This document shows, piece after piece, positions 1 through 10,068 of a stretch of DNA of 64,000 bases (position 1 is the first letter of the stretch; each line of letters starts with the position of its first letter). A model generated the notes under the pieces. The model saw only the letters and a program-made list of their open reading frames with translations, was not told where the DNA came from and did no database searches. This DNA is from Candidatus Saccharimonadales bacterium (lineage in GTDB: Bacteria > Patescibacteriota > Saccharimonadia > Saccharimonadales > UBA7683): the NCBI GenBank assembly GCA_046350615.1, contig JAXMAA010000002.1:277204-341203 (forward strand). The letters are read 5' to 3'. A program made the position numbers and the translations under genes.

Positions 1-2
1 AA

Positions 3-200
3 GACTACCAGGCACGTAAACCAGATGCGCCTACGGAGATAAATAAGCAGCGAGCAAAAGAAATTATCCATATACCAAAACTTTCTTTCCACGATGCAGC
101 ATATGTGCTTAACACCATAAACAACCCTGACAGTAAGCTGAGATTTGAAATGACGAAAGAAGGAGGCCTGAATGTTCGCCTTACAGAAGTCGAAGACTAA
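3..200 (+). CDS. C-terminal end of an unidentified protein (5' part outside window), upstream member of the T4SS-like cluster
   Basis: Reading frame open from window edge to TAA 198-200 (...NTINNPDSKLRFEMTKEGGLNVRLTEVED*); overlaps the next ATG at 172 as in a coupled operon. No recognisable motif. Confidence 0.3.
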   Translation, partial: DYQARKPDAPTEINKQRAKEIIHIPKLSFHDAAYVLNTINNPDSKLRFEMTKEGGLNVRLTEVED

Positions 201-363
201 AAGTAACAGTAGACAACAAATAGCCATTAAAGGTGTTCGCGATGGGATTCTAATCCTGCCTGGCAACCAGTACCGAGCAGTGCTAGAGGTATCGAGCCTT
301 AACTTTGAGCTCAAAAGTGAAGAAGAACAGGACGCTATTATCGATACCTATGAAGCTTTTTAA
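172..363 (+). pseudogene. VirB4/TraE-like conjugation ATPase, fragment 1 of 4 (N-terminus)
   Basis: 63 aa ending ...SEEEQDAIIDTYEAF, then in-frame TAA (361-363) and TGA (391-393); the same frame resumes at 415. A T5 run (357-361) and G4 run (405-408) bracket the disrupted 50 nt. Confidence 0.6.
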
Positions 364-414
364 ACTCTGGTGGGCAGTAGTCTTCAAATCTGATCCGCAC
401 CCGCGGGGATAGAC

Positions 415-804
415 ATGGATAAATACCTTGAAGAGCTCAATGAACGCCTGCACGGCGAGACCGAAAAAGTATATAAGCAACAGCTCAAAAACTATGATGA
501 GTTTATCCGCTCACTCATTACGACCAATAAGATCTTAACCAGACACTTTTACCTGATCGTGCCGTACACTGCTACCAGTAAGACTGACTTTGAGTTGGTA
601 CAAGAACAGCTCAACCTAAAGCTGGATATTGTAGCTAAAGGCATGACCAGACTTGGCATGCACACCAAGGAGCTCAGTAGCCTTGAAGTACTCGATTTGT
701 TCTATAGCTTCTACAATCCGGTTCAAGCTAAGGTGCAGCCATTAACCGAACAAGCGTTGCGCCTCATACATACAGCGCTCGTAGAGAGAGGAGACGAAGT
801 ATGA
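415..804 (+). pseudogene. VirB4/TraE-like conjugation ATPase, fragment 2 of 4
   Basis: Same frame as fragment 1 (IDMDKYLEELNERL...); ends TGA 802-804 overlapping ATG 801 in another frame that is open from 732, so a -1 frame change or a split gene. Confidence 0.55.
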
Positions 805-1301
805 ACTCACCGCTTGCTACCTTAAAAGAACGTAAAATCGCCCGACAAGAAAAACAAAAAGAACTAAAGTTAAGTTTTGGCGAACAAGACGCCGTTGATG
901 TGCTCAGTTACGCCGGACTTGAAGAAAATACGGACTATCTCTGTATAGATGGCGTGTATATTCGTACTCTCTACATCTCTGGCTACCCATTTGTCGCTAA
1001 CTCCGGCTGGATGGACAGCCTGATTAACTTCAATCACGACACAGATATTAGTTACCATTTGCATGAAGTGAACGCCCTCCATGCACTGCCAAAACTTCAC
1101 CGCAAGATTACTGAACTTGAATCAACTAAACGAGCCATGATGCGTGCTGGCAAGATTGTTGGTAGTGAGATTACTGATCCACTTGAATCGGCGATTGAGC
1201 TACGAGATAAGATCCAGCGTGGCCAGGAAAAACTGTTCCAAATGTCGATCTATATCGCTATCCGTGCAGAGAGTCTAGAGGAGCTTAATAAAACGACATA
1301 G
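801..1301 (+). pseudogene. VirB4/TraE-like conjugation ATPase, fragment 3 of 4 (middle domain)
   Basis: IDGVYIRTLYISGYPFVANSGWMDSL... resembles the VirB4 middle domain; terminated by in-frame TAG 1299-1301, and the same frame continues into fragment 4. Confidence 0.6.
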
Positions 1302-1316
1302 CTCCTTGAAGCCACT

Positions 1317-2534
1317 ATGTCAGCCAGGTTGTTTTACTCCAAAGTTGCTCGTTACCAGCAACTTGAAGCATTGCAGTCTATCTTGCCACGCGGCGAAGAC
1401 CAGCTAGCGCAGAAACGAAACCTAGACAGCAGCTCAGCGGCGTTAACGTTCCCATTCATGAGCTCAGAACTCGTCCAAGAAACCGGCATTTTGTATGGCG
1501 TGAATAAGTCCAACAACTCACTGGTTATCTTAGATCGGTTTGGGCTGCATAACGCTAACTCCATTGTCTTTGCTCAGTCGGGCTCGGGTAAAAGCTACAC
1601 GACAAAAGTAGAAATCCTGCGCCAGCTCATGCAAGGTACTAAAGTGCTGGTCATCGATCCAGAACGAGAGTATAAGCGACTCAGTGAAACAGTTGGCGGC
1701 ACGTACATTAAGCTGTCTGCTAAGAGTAAAGAGAAGATTAACCCGTTTGATCTTGCCACAACCTTCCATACCAAGTCTGATCTAGCTGAGCACGTCCAAG
1801 ACCTAACGGCCGTAATTGACCTGATGGCTGAGGGTCTAGATAAACGCGAGAAGGCTGCCGTAGATAAAGCCATTCTTAAAGTCTACAAGCAGGCCAAGAA
1901 AGAACAGCCTTTGCTTGAAGACCTCTACGCCGAATTGCATAAGCTTGGTCAACTGCAGCTATGTGAGCGGCTCGAGAAGTATATTACGGGCTCAAGCTCG
2001 GAGATCTTTAACTCACACACCAACATAAAGTTAGAAAACCGCTTGGTGATATTCGACATCAAGGACATGCCGGCAAATCTACGACCGATCATGATGCTGA
2101 TCATCTCCAATTTCATTCAGAACCAAGTCAAAGCAAAGCCTGAGAAACGAATGCTCGTCATCGACGAAGGTTGGTTGCTGCTGCAACACGAACAAAGCGC
2201 CCGCTTCATTGCCGGCCTGGTTCGCAGGGCTCGAAAGTATTACCTAGGTGTATCGTTCATCTCGCAACAAGCCGATGACTTCCTCAAGAGTGACTACGGT
2301 CGCGCTATTGCCTCACAATCTGCGCTGCGTATTCTCATGCGCCAAGACACGACAACTATTAAGACAGTCGTCTCAGAATTTAACTTGTCCGAGTATGAGC
2401 AACAATTCTTACTGACCTGTGAACGTGGTGACGCACTCATCATTGCTGACCAAAACCATGTAGCCGTCAAGGTGGTAGCTAGCGATAAAGAGCACCCGCT
2501 CATCACGACCGATCCAACGGAGCTCTACGCATGA
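1317..2534 (+). pseudogene. VirB4/TraE-like conjugation ATPase, fragment 4 of 4 (complete ATPase domain)
   Basis: Walker A AQSGSGKSYTTK, Walker B RMLVIDEGW, conserved FISQQ...; 405 aa. The four fragments sum to about 763 aa, the size of a single VirB4. Confidence 0.8.
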
Positions 2535-3007
2535 ATCTAGGCCTGCTGACTTTTGGTGCCGTCACCGGCGGGAACCTCAAGAAGCAGGTCGCTATTGTCT
2601 TTGCCACGATGGTTATTGTAGTCGCACTACCATTTGCTGCCGTCTTTGCTATGGGCGAGAGTGTCGTGACCTTTCTGTCTGGTGTGCCAAGCTTAGAGGC
2701 TGCCGAGAACGAAGGTTTTTACATGGGTGGCCCCGTTGCAGGTGATACCTATGAGTGGGGCAACTGCACCTATTGGGCATTTGCGATGCGCCTGATGGCG
2801 GGCTATCCTATTCCGACAAGCTGGGGCAATGCTAACACCTGGGACGATAGAGCTCGCCGTGATGGCTATGTGGTAGATCACTCACCGGAAGTTGGAGCAG
2901 TATTTCAAAGTGATGCTGGACAGTGGGGTCATGTAGCATATGTGTCAAAAGTGAATAGCCAGAACGGTCAATGGAGAATCTCAGAGATGAACTTTAATTG
3001 GACTTAA
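2531..3007 (+). CDS. Membrane-anchored CHAP-domain peptidoglycan hydrolase (VirB1-analogue of Gram-positive T4SS); possible 3' frameshift
   Basis: N-terminal TM helix; CHAP catalytic Cys in WGNCTYWAF, His in WGHVAYV, then ISEMN. 4-nt overlap with upstream ATPase. Another frame continues 3003-3116 with a plausible CHAP C-terminus (LNIVSKRTFSPEAAGSYNFIH...). Confidence 0.75.
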   Translation: MNLGLLTFGAVTGGNLKKQVAIVFATMVIVVALPFAAVFAMGESVVTFLSGVPSLEAAENEGFYMGGPVAGDTYEWGNCTYWAFAMRLMAGYPIPTSWGNANTWDDRARRDGYVVDHSPEVGAVFQSDAGQWGHVAYVSKVNSQNGQWRISEMNFNWT

Positions 3008-3085
3008 TATTGTCAGTAAACGAACGTTTAGTCCTGAAGCAGCTGGGTCGTATAACTTCATTCATAACAAGATAGGAGCAAGTTT

Positions 3086-3454
3086 GTGGACACCACAGCC
3101 TATCTCACTACCATAATTGCATTACGCCGTGGCATTTCGCCATCCATATTGCTGATCTGCTTTATGGTGTACTGGCTGACGAAGCTAGTAGTAGCAACTG
3201 TTAATCGCCTGTACTTACATAAGAGGCAAATGGTATGGCTTGAACTAACGCCACCTGCTGGACTCGTCAAAACACCCGAGTCTACAGCCCAACTATTCTC
3301 GATAGTTCATGGGCTACGATCAGCCAGGTCACTTAAGGAACAGTTGTTAAATCGAACACCCGTTATGAGCCTAGAAATTGTTTCGACAAAACATGAGGGT
3401 ATCCGTTATTTGATACAGATTGAAGTCAGAATGCCAATACCCTGCAAAAGATAA
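3086..3454 (+). pseudogene. VirD4/TraG-like type IV coupling ATPase, fragment 1 of 3 (membrane N-terminus)
   Basis: GTG start after AGGAG; TM segment ISPSILLICFMVYWLTKLVVA; ends at TAA 3452-3454 in the same frame as fragment 2. The alternate frame 3424-3492 reads SQNANTLQKIIAAYLYPGKNKDN. Confidence 0.55.
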
Positions 3455-4330
3455 TTGCTGCATACCTATACCCGGGCAAAAACAAAGATAATTGAGCGCA
3501 CCTTGCACGCGCCTGATTTTGTGAGCGAGTTTACTCAGAATCATCACTTTGTATTGCCGCTGGCAACAAGTAAAGCGTTTGAGCAACATGATCCGCTGTC
3601 ATACATCACGGCCGCCATGACTAAACTTGAAAATGGCGAGAGTCTATCGATGCAACTGATTATCCAACCAATAAAGTCCAAAGAGGCAAGTAGGTTGTCG
3701 CGCAGGATTCTAGGCAATGAAGATATCTTGAAGCGAGTATCCCGTGGCAAGCTGTCGCCATTCAATAAGGCTGGAGAACTATTTGCTGGGGCAGTACTAG
3801 CAACCACCGAAACTATTGGAGATGTATATAACGGATCAACTGCCAGCTACTACCAAGGTAAATCTGCAAAAGATGCCACATTCCAATCCCAGGTGCAAAA
3901 ACGGCAACGACCTGCACGAACATTGAGTGCCTTTGAACTCGAGCTCATGGAGTCGATGCACCAAAAAGTCTCCCAGGCCTTATTTCAAGTTGACTTGCGG
4001 CTAATGGCAAGTAGCCCTAACGCTAAGGAACATCTCGCGACCCTCCGATCCGCGCTCGATGGCTATTCAGTCCCACAATACCAAGCATTAAGAGCCAAGA
4101 AGCGACTACCCGTTATTCAAAAGTATCGAACACATCTTGCGAGTTTGCGACTACCAAGCTTATTTACGAAACAGTCACTTATTCTTTCTGCCGGTGAGGT
4201 ATCGAGCCTATTTCATTTTCCGGCTAGTCATATTAGCAAAACCGACAACCTAGTGACGTCGCTCAGTAGAACGCTCCCAGCGCCAGTATCAGCTCAAGTC
4301 TGGCCAGCCGCTCTCTATTTTGATCGGTGA
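3455..4330 (+). pseudogene. VirD4/TraG-like type IV coupling ATPase, fragment 2 of 3
   Basis: Same frame as fragment 1; no motif of its own; overlaps fragment 3 by 11 nt in a different frame that is open from 4257. Confidence 0.5.
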
Positions 4331-5669
4331 GAATAATCACCATGATGTTACAACTCCGATTGGCCTAACTGAAGCTGAGCGGCAACGACATATGTATATT
4401 GTTGGTGGCACCGGTAATGGTAAGACGACCATGTTACTGTATGCAATCTTGCAAGATATTAAAAATGGTGAGGGCTTAGCCGTTATTGATCCGCACGGTG
4501 ATCTCGCTGAAGCAATCCTGCACCATGTTCCCAAAGATCGCATAGATGATGTTATTTATCTCAACCCAGACGATCTGACCTATCCAATCGGCGTGAATCT
4601 ACTGGAACTTACCCCAGGACTTAAGGGTGATGATCTGCTCAGAGAAAAAGACCTCATCACTGAATCGACTATCTCAGTACTACGAAAGATATTCTCGGAA
4701 GATGATTCAGGCGGCCACCGTATTGAGTACGTACTTAGAAACACCATCCAAACAGCACTAACACTGGATAATCCTAATTTGTTCACCATCTTCCGACTTC
4801 TCAACGATAACAAGTATCGTCGAGAGATAGTTAAAACACTTGATGATGAAGACTTACGTAATTTCTGGAAGAACGAGCTTGGTAAAGCCGGTGAGTTCCA
4901 AAAGGTTAAGATGGTTGCTGGTATTACCGCTAAGATTGGTCGGTTTCTGTTTTCTGGCTCCGCCAAACGAATCCTTGAACAAGACAAGTCCACCATAGAT
5001 TTTGGAGACATCTTGGATTCAGGCAAGATCCTGATTTGCAACTTCTCAAAAGGTGCACTCGGCGAAGATACCTCATCACTCTTCGGAACCACTATACTTG
5101 CAAAACTCCAGGTAGCTTCGTTGAGACGAGCCCGACTCAAACAGGCTGATCGTCTACCGTTCTATCTCTACGTTGATGAGTTTCAGAACTTTGCGACTAT
5201 GAGCTTTGTACAGATGCTCAGTGAAGCGCGAAAGTATAAGTTGTTCCTTATCATGGCCGAGCAGTCCACTAGCCAACAAGATCAACAGCGACTTGTAGAT
5301 ATTATTTTAGCTAACGTCGGTACCGTTATTTGTTTCCGCTCTGGTAGCCCGGCCGATGAGCGTTATGTACTACCATTATTTTATCCGTACATTGAGCAAG
5401 GTGAAATTTCCAACTTGCCAGCTTACAACTTCTATATGCGCATAGCAGCCGTCACTGCCCAGGAACCATTTTCTGGTCAGACATTGCTGCTTAATGAGGC
5501 AGATGATGAAACGGTATTCAAAGAAGCTATCCGTTCATCACGAGAGAAGTACGCCAAGAAAGTCGATAAGGAAAAGACTAAACCCGTTTTGACGACAAAA
5601 ACAAATGCGAGCACAAAAAAGCGCACAATAACTCGCAGCGCACGGGATCGGGACAAAAAACCAAGCTAG
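4320..5669 (+). pseudogene. VirD4/TraG-like type IV coupling ATPase, fragment 3 of 3 (NTPase domain)
   Basis: Walker A VGGTGNGKTT, Walker B FYLYVDEFQNF, AEQSTSQ; basic C-terminal tail. The three fragments total about 860 aa. Confidence 0.75.
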
Positions 5670-5824
5670 AGATAAGAAGCCAAATTAAACTTTAGCCGTC
5701 GTCCGTAATTAGGGCGTTGGGTATCCATAATCACAATGGCGTATAATAACAATGAGATACGAACAGCATAGATCTCTTGGGCCAGTCCGTCAGATTTAAC
5801 GAAATGTTTTGAAAGGATAGCTAT

Positions 5825-7072
5825 ATGTACACATACTTACTGTTTCAGCTAGTCGGAGTATTATTTACTGTGACAGCATTGCTATTTTTCGCTTATAAAC
5901 TAGGCTTTTTCAAATGGCTTATAGCCTGGATAAAGCGATTGCCGAAGCTTAGTTTAGTGCTGTTACTAATCGGACTTGGCTGCATTCTAATTGGCGGGCA
6001 AAAATATAGTCTGCACTTTGCGATGCCACCATACATCCATTCGATGACCCCAGACAACAAGCCGCCGACGTTACCTATTCCTAGTGCTGTCAGATTCTTA
6101 CTCGATTCTCGCCATTTCGAGCAAGTAAAAGATATTGGGGCCAACCCTGCTTCGGTGCCAGCACCCCTTAATAGATCGACCAGCGAAACGGTTAAAATGC
6201 ACTTAACTACCAAGGAGGTCATTAGTGAAGTTGCTCCTGGAATTTACAATAACTACTGGACATTCGACGGCCAGGTACCAGGGCCAATGCTCCGTGTTCG
6301 TGAGGGTGATACTGTTGAAACGAGCATCACAAATGATCCAAGCAGCCTACATGAGCATAATATAGATTTTCATGCCGCTACTGGGCCTGGTGGCGGTGCG
6401 ACCCTAAGCATGGTTAAACCTGGCGAGACCAAAACATTTACCTGGAAAGCATTGCAGCCGGGGTTATATATTTATCACTGTGCCACCTCTAATGTCAGCG
6501 TTCATAACTCCCACGGACAATACGGCATGATTCTTGTTGAGCCAAAAGAGGGTCTACCAAAAGTAGACAAGGAGTTCTATGTTGTGCAAGGAGAGTTGTA
6601 TACCCAGGGCGGTATTGGCAAGAAGGGCTTGGTGCTATTTGATCCACAGGCTTTACTCGACAACAATCCAACCTATGTAACTTTTAATGGCAAGATTAAT
6701 AGCTCACCAATCATAAAAGTAAAAAAAGGTGAAACGGTACGACTATACGTTGGGAATGGCGGCGTCAGCTTGGTCTCGTCATTCCATATCATTGGTGAGA
6801 TTTTTGATAAAGTCTACGTTGAAGGTGGCCTAGGTGACGGAGCGCTTACGAACAGAAACATTCAAACGACCGCCGTACTACCCGGTGGCTCGACAATAGT
6901 AGAGTTTAAAACAGATGTCCCCGGTAAGTACTTACTCGTTGATCACGCACTCTCTCGAATGAACAAAGGCGCCTGGGCAACCCTAGAAGTTGAAGGTGAC
7001 CCAAGTCCAGATATATTCCGATCCAACTCGCCCGAGGATCACTCCATGCCAGAACACAAATCTATGCATTAG
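5825..7072 (+). CDS. nirK: Copper-containing nitrite reductase (NirK-type two-domain multicopper oxidase) with N-terminal membrane anchor
   Basis: HEHNIDFHAATGPGGGA and YIYHCAT...HNSHGQYGMILVEP (type-1/type-2 Cu ligand pattern), second cupredoxin domain FHIIGEIFDKVY; two N-terminal TM helices; His/Met-rich tail EDHSMPEHKSMH. Confidence 0.8.
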   Translation: MYTYLLFQLVGVLFTVTALLFFAYKLGFFKWLIAWIKRLPKLSLVLLLIGLGCILIGGQKYSLHFAMPPYIHSMTPDNKPPTLPIPSAVRFLLDSRHFEQVKDIGANPASVPAPLNRSTSETVKMHLTTKEVISEVAPGIYNNYWTFDGQVPGPMLRVREGDTVETSITNDPSSLHEHNIDFHAATGPGGGATLSMVKPGETKTFTWKALQPGLYIYHCATSNVSVHNSHGQYGMILVEPKEGLPKVDKEFYVVQGELYTQGGIGKKGLVLFDPQALLDNNPTYVTFNGKINSSPIIKVKKGETVRLYVGNGGVSLVSSFHIIGEIFDKVYVEGGLGDGALTNRNIQTTAVLPGGSTIVEFKTDVPGKYLLVDHALSRMNKGAWATLEVEGDPSPDIFRSNSPEDHSMPEHKSMH

Positions 7073-8718
7073 AAATGCTTACGCAGGTGGGACATACTAT
7101 AGTCCCAGGTAGCATCAGTCTTCTTCTTTGGGTTAAAAATATTATCTGGATCAAAAATATGCTTTGTGTGCACAAAGTAGCCATAAACTTCTGGGCCATA
7201 CATCTTTTTAAGCCATGGCCCTCGACTTAGTCCGTCGTTATGTTCACCACTTAAGCTTCCGCCGTACTGCAACACCAATTCGTTTACTGCCTTCATGACT
7301 GGTTTAATTTTGGCCACTTCTTTGGGGTCTTCAATTTTCATGAGCGGGATAATGTGGAAGTTACCGTCGCCCATGTGACCGGCAATGGTGGCAAGCAGTT
7401 TATATTTTTTGAGAATCTTGCGGAGCTGGGGTAGAAACTTTGGCAATACCTCTGGCGGCACAACTAGGTCATCAATAAATGGAGCAGTGTGTTTGTCTTT
7501 TACTTTTTGGCGGAGCAAGTTGAAGCTCTCTCGTCGCATAATCCAAAACTTACGTGCCTTCTCTTCACTAGCATCTTCTTCGTAGGTTTCATAGCTGTCA
7601 AACGGCCGCAGATCAAGTCGCATAGCATGTACTTTCTCGGAAACTTCTTCAGGTGTATCACCGTTAAATTCAACCAAAAGTACCATCTTAGGAATGCCTC
7701 GAAATAGTTTGAAAAGATCGGGCAGTAGCTCCAGCCCAAGCTTGATTGTTCCGAGCCAGCCCAGAGTATGATGGAAATAATAAAACAGCTTGAAGCTGAG
7801 CATGAGCGTGTAATTATCGAAACCTTCAAACGTAGCCGGTTCATGTTCTCGGACTGTGTTAATTATTTTACCAAGCTGTCTAATATCACGGAGAAATACC
7901 ACCAAGGTTCCAGAATGCTTTGGTGCCGGCACAAGTCGCAGATGAACATCGGTCACAATACCGAGTGTTCCCTGAGAGCCAACAATGAGCTGAGTCATGT
8001 CGAAGATACCCGTCTCACGGTCCCAGACATTCCATAGATGGTAACCTGTAGAATCTTTGCTAACCTGTGGCTTGGCGGCTTTAATTGCATCGTAATGTTC
8101 TTCGAGTAGCTGGTAGACTTTTGTGTATAGCCGTCCTTCGTAATCTTTTTGTGCCATCTTAGCTTTAAGTTGAGCCTTATGCAGTGGCTTTACACTATAT
8201 TCATTGCCATCAGCTAGTATTACGGACAGGGCCGGTACAAACTGTTCGGTCTTGCCATACTGCAATGACTTCTCGCCACCAGAGTTATTAGCAACCATAC
8301 CCCCGAGCGTGCATAGATCTTTGCTGGCTGGATAGCATGGTAGCAGGGCATCTTGCTTGAGTGTTTCTTGCTCGAAATCACGGTAATACACTCCTGGTTG
8401 AACGCGGGCTGAACGCGGGGTAACGGAGTGGATTGTAGTGAAGTGCGGAGTCATATCAAGCACAATCGATTCACCGATTGCACCACCGCTCATATCGGTA
8501 CCAGCTGAACGAACTACAATTGAATGATCACCGTGCTTACCGCCAGCAACCAGGTTAACAACTCGTGAAACATCTGCCGAATCTTTTGGCGCAAGTACCA
8601 ACTGGGGCCGAAGTTCAAACATACTGGCATCATGGCTACAACGCTCCAATGACGCTTGGTCTGTAGAAATATCTCCCAAGAAACCGTCCATTTTGAGTGC
8701 TGTGATTATAGAATCCAT
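7069..8718 (-). CDS. FAD-linked oxidase / dehydrogenase (GlcD / D-lactate dehydrogenase-like, PCMH FAD-binding fold)
   Basis: 549 aa; VVRSAGTDMSGGAIGESIVLDM and GSQGTLGIVT are typical FAD_binding_4 motifs; C-terminal FAD-oxidase domain (HMGDGNFH). Confidence 0.75.
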   Translation of the reverse strand: MDSIITALKMDGFLGDISTDQASLERCSHDASMFELRPQLVLAPKDSADVSRVVNLVAGGKHGDHSIVVRSAGTDMSGGAIGESIVLDMTPHFTTIHSVTPRSARVQPGVYYRDFEQETLKQDALLPCYPASKDLCTLGGMVANNSGGEKSLQYGKTEQFVPALSVILADGNEYSVKPLHKAQLKAKMAQKDYEGRLYTKVYQLLEEHYDAIKAAKPQVSKDSTGYHLWNVWDRETGIFDMTQLIVGSQGTLGIVTDVHLRLVPAPKHSGTLVVFLRDIRQLGKIINTVREHEPATFEGFDNYTLMLSFKLFYYFHHTLGWLGTIKLGLELLPDLFKLFRGIPKMVLLVEFNGDTPEEVSEKVHAMRLDLRPFDSYETYEEDASEEKARKFWIMRRESFNLLRQKVKDKHTAPFIDDLVVPPEVLPKFLPQLRKILKKYKLLATIAGHMGDGNFHIIPLMKIEDPKEVAKIKPVMKAVNELVLQYGGSLSGEHNDGLSRGPWLKKMYGPEVYGYFVHTKHIFDPDNIFNPKKKTDATWDYSMSHLRKHF

Positions 8719-8804
8719 ATACCCTAAGCTTAGTTTGTTAGTAGCCCTTTTTGCAAGACCCCCATGTTGCTTATGTGGTAGTATGAAAATAGATTGGATG
8801 CAAG

Positions 8805-9998
8805 ATGAGTAAACATGAAGTTGTGATTATTGGCGGGGGCTTTGCAGGTGTTAAGGCAGCGCTAGAGTTAGTTGATGATCCGAAAGTTAAAGTAACGCTA
8901 GTCAGCGAACGTCCAGACTTTCGCTATTACCCGACACTCTACCGGACAGCTACCGGTGGACGCAAAATGATTTCAAGTATCCCACTCGTAACTATTTTCG
9001 CTGGTAAATCAATCACTATCCTGCAAGACAGCGTTACTACAATTAACCGCCAAGAGAAGACTATAGCTACTAAAGCTGGGCGGGCAGTAAAATACGACAG
9101 TTTACTGCTCTGTCTTGGGGTGCAAACAAACTACTTTAATATCCCTGGGTTACAAAAGTATTCGTACGGTATTAAAACCATTGAAGATGCCGAGGAGCTA
9201 AAAAACCATCTACACCAACAGTTAATTCAACAATGGCGTCCAGATACCAACTACATCGTTATCGGAGCTGGCCCTACTGGGGTGGAGCTAGCCGGAGCGC
9301 TACAAGCCTATGTGGTGAAGCTTCTGCGTGACCATGGTATCTCAAAACGAAGCGTACACATTGAGCTTGTCGACACTGCTCCTCGTATTCTCCCGCGTAT
9401 GCCAAAGGCTGTATCTCGCCGGGTCGCGAGACGACTTCGAAAGCTCGATATACGAATTCTCACAAACCGCCATGTTGATACACTAGACGAAACGACGCTC
9501 ACTGTTGATGACAGACCCATTCGCAGCCAGACTGTTATCTGGACTGCGGGAGTCACTAACAATTCTTTCTTTAAAACAAACAAATTCCAATTAACTGCAG
9601 GTGGTAAAGTACGAGTTGACCAATATTTACAGGCCGAACCTAGTGTCTACGTGGCCGGAGATAACGCTGATACTCCGTATAGTGGCATGGCTCAAACCGC
9701 ACTTTATGACGGTAAATTTATTGCTAGCAACATTACACGACTAGCACATAGTCAAGATGCTCGATCGTATGTCGCCAAGCGACCGATCTATGTTACGCCA
9801 GTAGGTCGACATTTTGCTGCCGTACAATGGGGTGGACTAAGAATATACGGGGTGGCTGGCTGGGGACTTCGGAAATTAGCAGATTACGTTGCCTATCACG
9901 ATTACCTGCCCTGGCGATTGGCAGCTACACTTTGGCTGGCCGAAAACGACGAGGAGAACACCTGCTCACAGTGTTTAGAGCGCGGCGAGAGCTCGTAG
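8805..9998 (+). CDS. ndh: Type II NADH dehydrogenase (NDH-2) family FAD-dependent oxidoreductase, island copy
   Basis: Two dinucleotide-binding motifs VVIIGGGFAGV and IVIGAGPTGVELAG; GDNADTPYSGMAQTA. Paralogue of 38366-39547. Confidence 0.75.
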   Translation: MSKHEVVIIGGGFAGVKAALELVDDPKVKVTLVSERPDFRYYPTLYRTATGGRKMISSIPLVTIFAGKSITILQDSVTTINRQEKTIATKAGRAVKYDSLLLCLGVQTNYFNIPGLQKYSYGIKTIEDAEELKNHLHQQLIQQWRPDTNYIVIGAGPTGVELAGALQAYVVKLLRDHGISKRSVHIELVDTAPRILPRMPKAVSRRVARRLRKLDIRILTNRHVDTLDETTLTVDDRPIRSQTVIWTAGVTNNSFFKTNKFQLTAGGKVRVDQYLQAEPSVYVAGDNADTPYSGMAQTALYDGKFIASNITRLAHSQDARSYVAKRPIYVTPVGRHFAAVQWGGLRIYGVAGWGLRKLADYVAYHDYLPWRLAATLWLAENDEENTCSQCLERGESS

Positions 9999-10068
9999 CC
10001 TCGCTAAGTGTCGATGGTCAAAATAGCCGCGAGTTTGTCCTATGGCAAGAACGTTGTAAGATGGTCGT

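Noticed and set aside
4580-5140. 186-aa minus-strand ORF inside the coupling-ATPase gene
   Set aside because: It is antisense to a region with Walker-type motifs on the plus strand. Its Ser/Arg-rich translation is the mirror of a Leu/Glu/Asp-rich coding strand.
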